A stretch of 63,085 nt of DNA, counting the filler, from Octopus bimaculoides (Eukaryota), in the NCBI RefSeq assembly GCF_001194135.2. It is 5 parts of 4 records of this genome, joined end to end, with 100 filler letters (N's around TTAATTAATTAA, not from the genome) between each part and the next. Parts side by side here need not be neighbours in the genome. Positions count along the whole stretch, not along the records: positions 40,072 to 59,437 come from NC_069000.1; positions 59,538 to 61,615 come from NC_068989.1; positions 61,716 to 63,085 come from NC_068986.1; 2 more parts are not named here. One strand, given 5' to 3'. The notes beneath the pieces are model-generated. The model was given only the letters and a program-made list of their open reading frames with translations. It ran no database searches and was not told where the DNA came from. Numbering within the stretch: position 1 is the stretch's first letter; each line of letters starts with the position of its first letter. Positions 47,391 to 62,535 of the stretch are shown here, piece after piece. Made by a program: the position numbers and the translations under genes.

Positions 47391-49012
47391 AAAAATGTCT
47401 GGCCTACAAGAAATGTTCAAATCTTAGCAAGCATCAATTTAACATTCGTTCCTCGGACATCGATATTCAATACGCTGTCCTTCGATCCTCCAAAAACGTA
47501 ATGAATCTGCTTTGCTCTACGCTCATTCAGAAGAAATCAATAAATTTTATATCGGTTAATAATCAAAAATAAATCAAATAAAAATATTTCGACTTGAAAA
47601 ATATCTGCAGCTAAATAGTGGTTGTGCGCATGCGTAGATTAAATATATGGTCGTCTGCTCACGTTAACTCGGCAAATGTCTGCGGTCTCCATTAATATTT
47701 CTATACATGATCAGCCAGAAGGTTTAATGTCCCTAAGAGAAGGGAAGGTACCGAGTATACAACAGACAGATTCTAGTTGGAAGAAGTTACGGTTTTGAGA
47801 CATAAAACTAATATGAATTAGAAACAAGAGCCGGCAGGAGAGGAGTCTATGTGTTGCCGCTCGATAAGCTAGAAATAACTGCCGAATTTCCCTCAAATCA
47901 CAAAGTACGACTGGAAAAACACATTGGATGCTTTAGTCCTAGATAAACATTATCGAGGACATAAACAACAACACTGGCTTTCAGTGGTATAAGCTAAACA
48001 ACATCGTGCAGGCTAAACAACATCAACAACAACCAAAATCATTAAATTTGCAATTAGTTTTTGTTGTAATTAAGTTGCCTGAAAAGCAATCCAATCACCA
48101 CACACACTTCTGGCGTTATTTAACTCCGAATAAATTATCCAAATATTTTTGAACGCAAAGTAATTAATTTCGTAATTCTAAAATACTCATATCCCTCCTC
48201 CAATGTAATTTTCATTAATTAATTGATTTATTAGTTCAGAACCGGTTGCGTCAATTCATTTCAGTTGATTGCTTGAGATTTGTTTCGATGCTCAGTTGTC
48301 GCCCTTGACATTGTGTTTGGTTTCAACGAAATCTCGTTTTTAACTTTTAAATACACAATGGAGAGAATTTTCTCCAGTAATTACGTGGATAATTGGAGAT
48401 TATATTTATACTACCTTTGTGAGGCTCTATTTATTAATTCCAAACCCTTATCATTACCACCACCATCTACAGAACGTAGTTTCCCTTCAGCCATGTCGTT
48501 TATCTCGGTAATCAACATCACTATATTTCCCGTGTGTATGTGTGTGTGTGTGTGTTATGTATACTCACACACACACACACACACACACGCACACATCAGA
48601 GAAGAATGGAATACATGACATTTATGGTTGAGAGGTGTTTCAACGACGACGTGCAAGTGACAAATCAAACACCACGTCTATAGAAATGAATGATGACGAC
48701 GACTGCGTCGTGCGTCTTGTGTAATGCATATTACATAAATAGCTTCAGTCGTTATTTAGTCATAACAGATCGGGAAACTATAATACATAGAACATATTTG
48801 TTATTCCATTTANNNNNNNNNNNNNNNNNNNNNNNNNNNNNNNNNNNNNNNNNNNNNNNNNNNNNNNNNNNNNNNNNNNNNNNNNNNNNNNNNNNNNNNN
48901 NNNNNNNNNNNNNNNNNNNNNNNNNNNNNNNNNNNNNNNNNNNNNNNNNNNNNNNNNNNNNNNNNNNNNNNNNNNNNNNNNNNNNNNNNNNNNNNNNNNN
49001 NNNNNNNNNNNN

Positions 49013-49051
<39 letters not shown>

Positions 49052-50579
49052 GTATATACATACCGCTCGCGTTATAAGAGTGTATAAACTCTGAGAGACC
49101 AGAAACTAATCCTTTTTTGGAACGGTTGTTCTCGAAACAGATAAAGCTATAAATGATAGTCTTGGTTCCACTCAGACTTTAACAGTAATACTGGATACAT
49201 GGAAACTGTTGGAAGCCCGGTGGATGGTGTATTATAACTGTAGCACGAAAGACACGGTCTGGTCACATTCACTGTGTCAGGTTGATTTTTACCTGAAAAT
49301 TAAGTTAAAGGTGGACGTCGTGTCTGTGTGCTTGACCCAACAAGTGAATCCTCATCGTCAAACGACCGAGATCCCCTGCCATACACCATAATGGACAAAG
49401 TGTGGACGCTATTGATCAGCACCCATTTATTGAACTTCTTGGTTGTATCACGTGATGAAACCAAAGCCGGAAATTACAAACCATTAGAAACTTCCGGATC
49501 ACTGTTGATATTGATCATGTTTACCTAAACCGTAAACAATGAGAGATTTAATGAAGACCGATCAAGACAGCGGAACATTCCAAAGTCGAACGCTGTTTCT
49601 CTTCCATTCTTATTTAAACATCCAAACAAGGCAACCGCGACAGAGACGTCCGACCTGCTAGAAACAACAGACACATCTCCCTCACATCAAACACACATAC
49701 ACACTGCGTCTCAGGAAAAAGATGCATTCAATAGTGTAGGTCTGTGTTCCCTGCACAGAGCTAAAAGGCGGGATGGTCACGGTTGGGCGAAATACTTTTG
49801 CCGTAATTGTTCTGACACTTTGCTTTTTGAATTCTTGAGTGAATGCACTTGAGACGCGTAGCCTAGTGGTTAGGGTGTAAGGTTCATGATCGTTCTGTCG
49901 TAGGTTCGATTCTCGGATCAACTACTCGACAATCCTTGAGCAAGGCACTTTATTTCGTGTTGCGCCAGTACACTCAATTGGAAATAGGTACCAGTGGTAT
50001 TTGGTGTAGTGGGGTTGAAACATGTCCTGTTCAGGAGGGGCAGGAGTCTTGCACTGGCGGCCTAAGCACCTCAAAGATCTGCAAAAGCTCAGGCATCATG
50101 ACCGAATGAACCCCAAGTAAAAGAGATCTGTTATTCCGTTATGAAACAGGAACTTGAAAAATTACAACCAATATCTTGCCTTTGATCCCCAGGAAACTCT
50201 AAAGATTGGCCAACATTTTCACTTTGATGGAGAAATGGAGCTAAAAAGGACGTTTTGCAGGTGTGAGAGAAGAATGGCAATATGACGGGATGATGGAATG
50301 ATGGTATGCTTACACATACGTGAATAAAACACCGGATTATGATTAAGAGATTAATTCGACCGAAAATGTGTTTAGATACATTTTTAAAAAATTCTATTTT
50401 TTTAAAATGAGATTAAAAAACCGAAAATAACTAATTTCAAAACAAGAAGCATTTGAATAAAAAGACAAATACTCTTTGCGTAGGACAAGATCCTTGTTTA
50501 ATGATGACGTTAGTAAGAAGACCCTTTAACAAATCATTAATAGAGTCGTGTAGAGGGGAAAATAGGGAGACGACGCTTT

Positions 50580-50840
50580 AATTCCCCAGATAATGACAAG
50601 GGCAACAACTTATTAATTCATCGAAGTCCCACTTAATTAAAATTGGAAATAGATCATAAAACTGATGGAAACACGGTTTACATTTCAAGGGGCATAAAAT
50701 GGGATGCTGTGACGTCATGCCTTCCTCGACTGAAATTGGAAAACGACCAAAAACGAGGTCGGAAACTGGGCGATGCACATTATCTTCATCGAGGATCTCA
50801 GCACAAATCAAGAAAGTAGTAGTAGTAGTAGTAGTAGTAA

Positions 50841-50894
<54 letters not shown>

Positions 50895-50905
50895 CAGCAG
50901 CAGCA
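50580..50905 (+). mobile_element. Possible decayed RTE-like 3' end with (AGT)n tail
   Basis: Loose RF.F.GH..GKRP..RGR motifs across frameshifts, followed by a long (AGT)n run. Confidence 0.3.
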
Positions 50906-52703
50906 GATCAACCTTAATCTAACGTCCCTAAGGTCAAACCGTAGCTATCTTCGGTGTGGCGGGGATGTTCGAGTTTTTTTGTTCTGGAATAATAAACCCT
51001 GAACTACTTTATCTAATGCGTTTTGCGGGGTGGGGGTGATTTGAAGCGGGATTTGTTTGTTATTGATTATAGAAAAAAGCCAACTGGGTTGATTCGATTC
51101 TGAAATATAGGATGGAAGGGGAGTAACTCTTTGTAGCATAAAGACGAGAGAAACTTTTCATTTTGCTTCTTTGGTCTTATAATAATTATTTGTGCAGAAT
51201 CTTCTGTTATAATTTCTTTGACAGACGGTGTGGAGGAGTATGAGACCGATCTAATACTTGATTGTAACTTTATTTTATCCATTCCGAAAAAAATGTAAGA
51301 CAGAGTATATGCTTCGATCGGATTCGAAATGAAACACCACAAAACATATTTTGTCCGCTGTTCTAACGATTCTGACAATCGACAACCAATAGAAGGACTG
51401 CTGTACTTAGTTAAATATCTCTACGTTTTGACTTCAAATTCTGTTGTATTTAGTTTGCTCTTTCATCCTTCTGAGATCGATAACATTAAATATCAATCAA
51501 GTATTGGTGTTGATTTAATCGACCATATCCTCCTCCCACAGAATTTCAGGATTGGACTGAGAAAAAAAACCCAAATTATTTCGCAATTTCACAACCAACT
51601 AAAGGGAGACAACATCTTGCGACTTAATTAGAAATAGAAACCTTTGGCCGCCTAATTAAGCTTCATGCTCATTCGCGTAATGATCTTATAGCTTTACTAT
51701 TTGCTTCTTCTGAAATATATCTTTGGTGGTAGATATGAAAACCGTTTCCCCTGTTAGTATGCATTTTATATTCACCATTAAAAATGGATTTATCATTCTT
51801 TCTCTGAAAAGAGATATTTGATTAAATATGCAAACAAATCAAGAAAATTTGAGAAATTGACTTTTGTCGAAAGTGTCTCAGGGGGTGGGGTATCTCTGAT
51901 TCTCGCAGCAGGAGGGGTTGTTTTTCTAAGCCGTCAGGTAAAACTATTAAATTTTGAACAGATTTATCTGCTTTCCGTATTCAAAGGGGATCGTTAATTG
52001 GTCTCTGCCACAAATACCAATGTATTGGAATAACGTCCGTTGTGTATTAGGGTAAGGAAACCTGCAAACTAAATCGGGTTTTATGCTACAAATCCCTTAT
52101 TTTGGTTCGGAAAAAAAGGCGGGGTGCCCCCCTTTTTCGTGCAGGTGAAAAGATCAATGGGCGTGGGGGGTGAAATTTCCGAGGCNNNNNNNNNNNNNNN
52201 NNNNNNNNNNNNNNNNNNNNNNNNNNNNNNNNNNNNNNNNNNNNNNNNNNNNNNNNNNNNNNNNNNNNNNNNNNNNNNNNNNNNNNNNNNNNNNNNNNNN
52301 NNNNNNNNNNNNNNNNNNNNNNNNNNNNNNNNNNNNNNNNNNNNNNNNNNNNNNNNNNNNNNNNNNNNNNNNNNNNNNNNNNNNNNNNNNNNNNNNNNNN
52401 NNNNNNNNNNNNNNNNNNNNNNNNNNNNNNNNNNNNNNNNNNNNNNNNNNNNNNNNNNNNNNNNNNNNNNNNNNNNNNNNNNNNNNNNNNNNNNNNNNNN
52501 NNNNNNNNNNNNNNNNNNNNNNNNNNNNNNNNNNNNNNNNNNNNNNNNNNNNNNNNNNNNNNNNNNNNNNNNNNNNNNNNNNNNNNNNNNNNNNNNNNNN
52601 NNNNNNNNNNNNNNNNNNNNNNNNNNNNNNNNNNNNNNNNNNNNNNNNNNNNNNNNNNNNNNNNNNNNNNNNNNNNNNNNNNNNNNNNNNNNNNNNNNNN
52701 NNN

Positions 52704-52742
<39 letters not shown>

Positions 52743-53268
52743 GATGGGATTCTTTCAGTTTCCGCCTACCAAATCCACTCACAAGGCTTTAGTCGGCCCG
52801 AGACTATAGTAAAAGACACTTGCCCAAGGTGTCAAGCAGTGAGACTGAACCCAGAACCATGTGGTTGGGAAGCAAACTTCTTACCACATCATATATATAT
52901 ATGTGCATATTGAATGCAAAATTGATATAATTATTAATTGCTACATTTTATTTCTTTTGTGCGCGAGTTAATACTTTCTGTGCGCTGGGTGCAAACCTTT
53001 TGTGCGCGCGCACAGGCGCACAACTTGTAACTCGTACCAACCTCGCACCATCACCCCCCCCCCTCCCCAAATCGCTCACGACCATTTCCTTCGAACTCTG
53101 TTATTTTTACTTCCTCTATCATTATTCCCACCATTATTACATTTCTCACAGAAGAGCTTTGTACTTGTCCTTATCTTTCCCCTTCAGCCACCGATTTTAA
53201 AAGAGGAGAATACAACAACCAACCATCACCGATTCTTTCTAAGGCTTCCAATGTTTATCCCCACCCTC

Positions 53269-53307
<39 letters not shown>

Positions 53308-53863
53308 CAACGCATGGATGGTATCCATCGATTACGTGACCTTTAATAACTCCATATCATCTTGTTCTGAAAATAGTTTCAGGCTCTAGGCAAAAACTAT
53401 CGATTATGAATACACACACGCGTATATATGTGTGTGTGTTACACATATATACATGCATACATAATATACATACATACACACGCATACATACATACACACG
53501 CATACATACATACAGACACATAATGGTTGCTTTTTCCAGGGAGATTATAAATCTCTTATTTCCAGCACTCTCTTATGTTGTCAAGAAATCTGGTTTCCAT
53601 ATATATACATACATATATATATATACACACACATATATATATATATATATATGCGTACGTCTACATGTATGTATATATATATATACATATATATTCTTAT
53701 TTGCTTTTTGATTTCTTATTGCTTCCAAAATGTTGGAATTATAGGAAATAAATTACCTGGTCAGATTTAGCAATATGTTCTACGGTAAGCAAACAAATGT
53801 GTACATACCTCTATGCACACACAGATATAAGTATGTTTGTATGTATGCATGTATGTATGTACG

Positions 53864-54049
53864 TACGAAGGGTTCTGGGAAGCTCATGGCTTTAAGGGTA
53901 TCACGAAAGGCCAGGCTGGACACCTAACCTTCCGAGTTCTTTTCCAAGGCTTAGAAAACCTGAAGGTCCACTGCAATATCTGTGTAAATCTAAATGGAGA
54001 ATAAAATCATAACTGATTGTCTTGTATTTTCTTTTACCCAAAGCTAAAG
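53864..54049 (+). mobile_element. Mariner-derived MITE, copy 3 (diverged)
   Basis: Collinear with 9760-9976 (ggctttaagggtatc..aaaggcc..ccaacc/taaccttccgagttct..ttttcttttaccca). Confidence 0.75.
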
Positions 54050-54547
54050 CCAAGAATGTTCGTCTTCCCGTCGTATGTTCTCTTCTGTTTTTAATGATTT
54101 AAATGCTTCCTCTCAACAAGGAGCTGGTTTCTAACAAAGATACAAAGTTCTGTTGTTGGAAAACAGATGATGAAAACAATGTCACATTTTAAACTTGGAA
54201 AGTTTTGCATATTTTTACTGTTCCGCTTACCGACTGTATTTGTAATGTGTCAATCGGTTGATTTCTTTTTCTGAAAATTCAAGCTTGCTTTGTAACCGCT
54301 TAATTTTGGATTCAGTTGCTCTGCACAATGGCTCAGCAACAGAATTTTCTTAGTGGGTGCAAACCCAGGTCCAAATTTTTTAATGAAAAATGTGGATTTT
54401 TTTTTCAAACAAAAGTAAATATAATAATAATTTTTATTATTAGGAGGGTCGGCTGAAATGTTCATTGGCTGAGCAAGACACTCTCATGGAATGGGACCAA
54501 ATGAAGTTTTAACATAGATCCTCTTACTGTCTACACACTTCCATAAG

Positions 54548-54785
54548 TATTGTGTTGGTGCATAATTATTGTAGCATTTTTCAACAAATTTTATTCAACA
54601 AAAACAATAACAATATCTAACAAAAACATCTTTAAATGACAGTCTGACTGTCTGCCAAGCAAGCGGGAAGCAGTAATTGAAGAAGATGGTGAATATGCTT
54701 CAGAATAATCATTTAAGGATGCTTTTGTTACGTGTTGAATAAAATTTGAAAAAAAGCCGCAATAATTATGTACCAACCCAAAATA
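54548..54785 (+). mobile_element. Second mariner/Tc1 MITE family
   Basis: TIRs TATTGTGTTGGTGCATAATTATTG / CAATAATTATGTACCAACCCAAAATA with TA ends. Interior SDCLPSKREAVIEEDGEY resembles a Tc1/mariner C-terminus. Confidence 0.8.
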
Positions 54786-55294
54786 GTTGCAGTGTTTGGA
54801 TTGCACTGGTGAAGAAGCTGGTTCTGTTGGTCAAAATGGTCATCAACAGCAGACAAGACATCATCATCATCACATTTGATACTGGTGCCCAGCTGAGTGT
54901 TTTTCTATGTTGGGAAACGGATGATAACCAGATGGAACCAATCACAGGAAAACACCAACCCATTCATGGCAATCACAAATTAATGTCCAAAAGAAAATGA
55001 GAGAAAAAAATTTTTTTTTTAAATTTTTACCAACTGCTGCCATCATCAATATGACCAAAAATAATGTCTAGAATGGTTTTGTGTTATTTGCTTTTGAACA
55101 AAGCTAATTAACCATTCCAATCACTGAGAACAAGGGAATGATCAATTGGTTTTTGATTCTAGAATTACTCCTTTCCAAATTTGTACTGTAATCTCTGGTA
55201 ACCATGGTAATTATATTTTAAAGCTACAAATCAGCTAAATATGATGAATACAAAGCTATGGAAAGCATTACGTTAGGAAATGGAAAGTGTCTTC

Positions 55295-55525
55295 TACCTT
55301 ATTTGCAGTTCAATTCCTCTGTCAAACGCATAATGCTTATTTATTCACATTGTTTTCAATCAATTTTGTATTTTCTCATACTTTTGAGATTTTGATGATG
55401 TGACTGTTTTATTTTGAGAATGACATCACAGGGTATGTGTGAAAGGCTGGATCTAGCCATCCTAAACTTAAAACAAGTAGAATATTTGGAGCCTGATAAG
55501 GTCAGTTTGACTGCTGAAGGGTTAA
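55295..55525 (-). mobile_element. Probable TTAA-ended (piggyBac-like) MITE
   Basis: One end reads TTAACCCTTCAGCA on the - strand; the other end is degenerate. Assignment is from a recalled repeat pattern only. Confidence 0.4.
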
Positions 55526-55680
55526 ACATAGATCCCGGTACAGTGGTGGGACTAGAAGACGAACTGCCGGCCCTTAAACTTGCAATCATATCCTAACACT
55601 CTTTACTGATTTTATCAGATCCATTTGCCATCAACAACATGAACAGCAATGTATAAGGCTATCACTAATACATGGTCTGA

Positions 55681-55721
<41 letters not shown>

Positions 55722-56293
55722 ACATGCTTTTTGCAATTTGCATATTACTCACAAGGCATTGGCCAAACCAGGGTTGTGTTATAAGACAGTGCTGTGCAGT
55801 GGGACTGAACCGAAAACCACATGGTTGTGAAATGAACTTCATCACCATATAGCTATGCCTACCCCTATACACACACACACACACATGTATATACACTCAC
55901 CTGTCTCTACCTGTGTTTCCGTCTGTCTGTCAAATTCTCTCTACCTTGCCATGAGTAAATAAGATTCTGGACTCAATGTCTTGATTTCACTTATTCTCAG
56001 TTCAAATCTCTTAACAAACAGGCTTTCATCTTTATTAGATCAATAAACAAATAAAATATGTACCAGTAATAAATTGCATTAAACTCCATCAAGTGAACTT
56101 CTCTCCTACAAAAATTGGTTTTGTGCCCAATAAAACAAAACAAAACAAATCAATCATTTCCTCTATGGCTCTTCTGATTCCCCACCCCTCTCCGGCCGCC
56201 ATCTTCCTGTCAATCTCTCAAATATTTTATTACTGTTTTTCCAACATTTTTTTTTTCCTATCAATTTTGTTTATCTGTCAGACAGATTGATAG

Positions 56294-56347
<54 letters not shown>

Positions 56348-56414
56348 CCTCCACCACCACCACCATTTATCTCTCTCTCTCTTTCTCCATCTCTCTTTCT
56401 TTCTCATCTCTCTC

Positions 56415-56489
<75 letters not shown>

Positions 56490-58635
56490 ACACACACGTA
56501 CACACACACACATACACACATGCGTACACATGCTGGAGATCTGGCTGTTATTTCCAGCAAGTTTAATGTCTCTTATTGGTTTCTCAAAGTTACTTATTTT
56601 CCAACTTTGGTTGAAAGCCATTTCTCTGTAGCAAAACAAATATGTTCCAGTAAAATGACAATTCCTTTCTGTTCCAACTCAAAATTACTGGGACACAATG
56701 TCTGGCATCAATACAATGGTCACAGCTAGAAAGATTTCTTTTCTATTTTTTTATTACTATTCTGTATTTTAAGAAGGCATTAATAGTGATTGAAGGTCAG
56801 CACAATAGATTTATGGTGAATAACAGTTTAACAGTGGTGCAGAGAGCAGAGTGTATTATTGATGAAGTCATGGCTGTAGCTTTTCAATGCTTGAAGCCTG
56901 CCTTGGCTGATTGAACTAATTACTGTATGAAATAATCATTTCTTTTGCATTGGACGCGAATATGTAAAAGCAAGATTTATTGTTTATAGCATATTGAATA
57001 TGCTTAAAACATTTTCAGAATTGTTGTTGGACAGTTCGGCAATCACGCTCACATGACAAGCTATTTAACATTTATTTCTGTCTTGTTAGAAGTTTGTCAG
57101 ATCTCTTTCTGGAAACAAGGAAGCTGCAGAAGCCAATAAGAGGAAAGACTTCATGCATTTATTAAACTTGATTGATGTGACACTCCTCCGTCAGGACACA
57201 TTACATATTAAATAAGTTAAACCTCAATATAATAATAGTATGTTTGAATATTGAAGGTGGTGGCCCTGGCTGGAACACCTTTGACCATAGGCCTACTGGA
57301 CCAGAGATGGCCTGAGGCTAAACAATTCCACAATACAGTTTGTTCATTGCACATGATTAAAGAAGATTTGTGCTACCTTTGACAAGTCAAACCACTGATT
57401 AAATTGTTAGAAATAGTGACCACATCTCCCTCAAATGGTACTCTGTCATGAATTAAAGTAGGAAGAGAACAATCAATGTACAAAGAAAGATGACATGATC
57501 ATGGCTGGAGTGCCATGAACCATAACTGTGCTTGACCAGGGCCAATTTTGGACTAAAGAACAGACACTAAAAAGTCTCCAAACTGGTGGTTCTATTGCCA
57601 ATTCAAAGACTTACCAAAAATGTTTGAGCATTTTCAACTGCAAATGATATTATTATTCTACTACAGCCTGTTGAAGACCCAGGTGTATGTTTGTGGCTAA
57701 GGGGTTCACTTCATAACATCATGATCCTGGGTTCAATCTCCCTGGGTACCAGCTCCAACAAATATCTTCTAATAAAACTTTAGATTTATTAAAATCTTGT
57801 GAACAAGATTTACCAAACAGAAACTGTGTTGGAAGGACCATTCCATTTTTTGGAGTGGTGGGCATAATGTGACCTGTTTTAATACTCCCTTCCCTCCACA
57901 CATAACCCAGGGGTTACCATTAACAGACTCCACTCTGTTGCAGCCATTTAGTTTAGGGGTCATTATCTCCCCTGTAGCTGGGAGCTCCCCAATCCCCAAC
58001 CCTCATAAACTCTTATCATCAACCACATTTAATGCCTTACTAGAAATATATCAGAGGCATTAAAATGTATTTTTACCTCCAGAACTGAAATGTTCTTTGT
58101 ATCATCTCTTCCTCAGTGTGAGGTGAGTTGTGTGTGTGTGTGTGTGTGTGCATGTGCATGCATGCGCATATGCACAAGCACAGTAAACGTGGGTTTTTTT
58201 AATTGCCAGGGTTAAGCAATAAAAATGGTTCAGAACATTTTGAGTCAACCAGAAAGTTGCTCATTTTGTTGGTCAACTTATTAGAAATATAAAATATTCT
58301 TCAATATTTGATGCCAAACCAAAATGTTTCTTTTATCTTTGAAGAAAAAGTCATATAAAAGCTATCAAAAAACACTTCCATGGCAACAAAACTAAGCAGC
58401 AGTGCCATCTATTGGTACTTGAAAGATCAGAAGAGTTGACATTGAATTTTATTCTTGCAGGATCAATAAGATAAAATGTATCAATCAATTATTGGTGATT
58501 GATATTATCATAGGTTGTTTTCCTCTCCAAAAAATTTATTATGGTCTTCTGGTTACCCCACTTGCTAAAAATAGGAGCAAAATATCCCTCAGAAATGAAT
58601 ACTACCCTGAAGACCAAAAGGGACATGTTTGTGCA

Positions 58636-58681
<46 letters not shown>

Positions 58682-58916
58682 NNNNNNNNNNNNNNNNNNN
58701 NNNNNNNNNNNNNNNNNNNNNNNNNNNNNNNNNNNNNNNNNNNNNNNNNNNNNNNNNNNNNNNNNNNNNNNNNNNNNNNNNNNNNNNCACACACACAGAC
58801 ACACACAGTCACATACATATAAATGTATGTATATATATATATATATATATATGTTATAGTTCCATGACAACTGAGCTTAGAATAGTTGTTTACTTTTGTC
58901 ATTGAAAAACCCCACG

Positions 58917-58947
<31 letters not shown>

Positions 58948-59253
58948 TGTGCAGTTGTTTGTGTGATGGGAAGATATCATAAAAACTTCCTCCACACCAG
59001 AATATACTTGCACACACACGAATGTGTGTGTGTGTGTGTGTGTAGATACTGATATATACACACACACACAGACATACATACATAAGCACACTTTATAGAC
59101 ACAAGTGTATTTTGCATATAAATAGTTAGACACACAGACACACACACAGATAATTCCCTGTGGCTGTTCTCTCAGCCTATTTCTTATTACTATTTCTAGT
59201 CTTTATACAACAGCCCCCTCCTTCCTTCCTTCCCTCTCACTACCACCACCAGC

Positions 59254-59299
<46 letters not shown>

Positions 59300-59924
59300 C
59301 TGTGAACTCATTCTTTCCTTTTTGGTTGCTTTGTTTTTTGCTATTCATGTTGTTCCTTTTTCTAAATTTAGTTGTTTTCATTTGACATTTTATACCCTGT
59401 TGTAGATTAAATCTTCTTCATATGCATAAACATATATNNNNNNNNNNNNNNNNNNNNNNNNNNNNNNNNNNNNNNNNNNNNTTAATTAATTAANNNNNNN
59501 NNNNNNNNNNNNNNNNNNNNNNNNNNNNNNNNNNNNNTATATATATATACATATATATGTATATATGAATATAAAATAGGTTTTTGATTTCCTAGACAAG
59601 AGTTAAAGTACAAAATATTTGTTGTAAAGTATATTAATTATTAGTTCCGTTCTAGTGATGCACTCCAATGCAACGCAGTTTCATACTCGCCGCCAAGAAT
59701 ATGTACGCTCAAACCATTCAAAATTATGTTCATATCTGTACATTTTATACTTTGTCTATCACCTGTTTCAGTCATTATATTTTTGTCGAGCTGCTAAGTT
59801 AAGGAGACGCAAGCAAAACCAACACCAGTTAACAAATAGTGGTGGGAAGCAAACAAAGAAACACACACAGACACACAGACACACGCACGCGCACACAGAC
59901 ACACATGCATGTATGTATTTCTTT

Positions 59925-60145
59925 ATTGCCCACAGGTGGCTAAACATAGAGGGGACAAACAAGGACAGACAAAGGGATTATGTCGATTACGTGGATCCCA
60001 GTGCGTAACTGGTACTTAATTTATCGACCCCGAAAAGATGAAAGGCAAAGTCGTCCTCGGCGGAATTTGGACTCAGAACGTAAAGACAGATGAAATACCG
60101 CGAAGCATTTCGCCCGGCATGCTAACAATTCTGCCATCTCGCTGC
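59925..60145 (-). mobile_element. Family-A SINE, alternative-tail subfamily
   Basis: Collinear with 3641-3847. Confidence 0.88.
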
Positions 60146-61032
60146 ATTTAAACATGTATATATATATATATACGACGGGGTTCTTTCCGTTTCCGTCTAC
60201 TAAAGGCTTTGTTCGGACCGAGGTTATAGTAGAAGACAATTGTCTAATGTGCCACACAGTAGAACTGAACTCGGAACCATGTGGTTGTAATGCAAACTTC
60301 TAACCACACAGCCACTTCTGCTGTGCACCTCTCAAATAAAATGGTGCAGATGTGTAATAGCATAAAATTTAGGTACGAGAGGTGAATATATTTATTTAAC
60401 CAGTTGTCATTCATAGGATTACAGCCGTTTCGCAGCCTTCATTATGTAATTGTAATTTCAGTGTACACTAAACTAGGTTTACTTACTTGCATTAATATGT
60501 ATGCCACGCATTATATTTACAAATCAGTGCAGATAAAGAAAGCTAGCTCATCAGATCATCAGAATATCATGGTTACACCAATGCTTCGACTCTATATGTA
60601 AGCAAATATACCATTCAATATACACAGGATTTAAAATTGAGCGGTCAAAAATTAATTTTTGCGTATTATTTTGGTAGTATCCTAACAGTCCCCAATTCAA
60701 CGTCCCTATCATGACAATCATCGTTGAGATTCTAAGTTGCGGGACAAATCTACATATTACACTATATCCCTCGGTTTTTCTTACTATGTATATTAAATGA
60801 TTGTCGTCTGTCACTGGATGGAGTACTTTTTTAAAATTATAATTCGACATAAAAGCGAATATTAATATATAATACGTAACTTAGCGACTTGGCAATAGAG
60901 GCCGAGGATTACAAAGAATAAATCCTGGGGTCAATTTGTTCAACTAAAGCTCCAGCTTGTGCGCAGTCAAATGACTGAAACAAGTAAAAGAATATGTATA
61001 CCCCCACCAATATATATACATACATATATACA

Positions 61033-61068
<36 letters not shown>

Positions 61069-61149
61069 TATATATACATACACTCATACATATATATATA
61101 TATATATATATGTATAGATATTCAAGCATCTATCTACACATATACACGC

Positions 61150-61232
<83 letters not shown>

Positions 61233-61715
61233 CATACACATATATATGCGCATACATGTACACACATATATATGTACAACTACGTACACACGCGCTTACA
61301 TTATACATATACATGTACCTGCGTATGTATGCCAGTGCTTACATATGTGTGGTTATATATCCATGTGTGGCGGATGTGTAAAGTGTGCTCATGTGTAAAT
61401 AACCACATATGCAGTGTTTATAAAAATAATAGACGATTGTAACAAAAACTAATAGCAAATGTTGATGTAAATAATATCTGGGTTATAGTGATACAGAATT
61501 AATGTTGGTATTTATGCACACGCACGCATACACACATACACAAACATACACACACGTGTATATATATGTATGTGTGTGTATATACATTATATATATGTAT
61601 ATATGTATATATATANNNNNNNNNNNNNNNNNNNNNNNNNNNNNNNNNNNNNNNNNNNNTTAATTAATTAANNNNNNNNNNNNNNNNNNNNNNNNNNNNN
61701 NNNNNNNNNNNNNNN

Positions 61716-61750
<35 letters not shown>

Positions 61751-62204
61751 TGTGTATTTGCGTGTGTGTCTGTCGCTTGACAAATAATGTTGGTGTGCTT
61801 ACATCCCTGTAACCTAGCAGTTCGAAAAAACGAAAACAATAGAATGAGTACTAGGCTTACAAATAAGTCCAGTGGGTCGATGTGTTCGACTAAAGGCGGT
61901 GCTGAAGCATCGCCGCAGTCAAATGACTGAAAGCAATAAAAGAATAAAGGAGAAAACTTCGATAAGCACTTCAAAGGTCACTTTCGAAACACCATATTCC
62001 ATCAAATGCAACCGTATCTGAAGTTTTGTATTGCTTCAGCAAATGGCTAGTAAATCTTAAGGAAGAGTCCCTTGTACTTTATTAAAACCACGACCGAGGA
62101 TATCGGTGCTCAACCATCCCCAGATAGAAAAAAACTACTTCAATATCGCGTTGAAAAATATGTCGCAATTATGTAGTTTTAGTGGTACAATATAGTGGGG
62201 GAAA

Positions 62205-62535
62205 CCGCTTTCGGTCATGAATGACCATGGGATTGCATCTAGAAAGTTACCCTCCGAGGCACAAGTCCGGGAGAGATTGTTTGCGGAAGGCTAGCAGTCG
62301 CCCATGAATACCAGCCTCCCCTCTCCACACCACTGATGTTATCCAAGAGAAAGGCAAAGGGGTCGATATAGCTTGGAACCAGTGACGTCGCAACTCATTT
62401 CTACAGCTGAGTTAACTGGAGCAACGTGAAACAAATTGTCCTGGTCAAGAACGCAACACATAGCCCGGTCCTGGAATAGGACTCACAACCTCACGATCGT
62501 AAGCCTCGACGCTCTAACCACTGAGCCATGCGTCT
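62205..62535 (-). mobile_element. tRNA-headed SINE family C with CORE-like central block (also + strand 27965-28285, 33575-33830, 49850-50130)
   Basis: Head AGTGGTTAG.G..T..ACGATCGT.AGG..GTG.GTTCG/TCC.ATTCC, then TGTGT.CTTGAGCAAGACA.TTT.TTTCACG.TGCTCCAGT..ACTCAGCT. Confidence 0.8.

Noticed and set aside
55414-55596. Natural-looking 60-aa ORF (MTSQGMCERLDLAIL...)
   Set aside because: It overlaps a probable MITE on the opposite strand, with no recognisable domain or partner exons.
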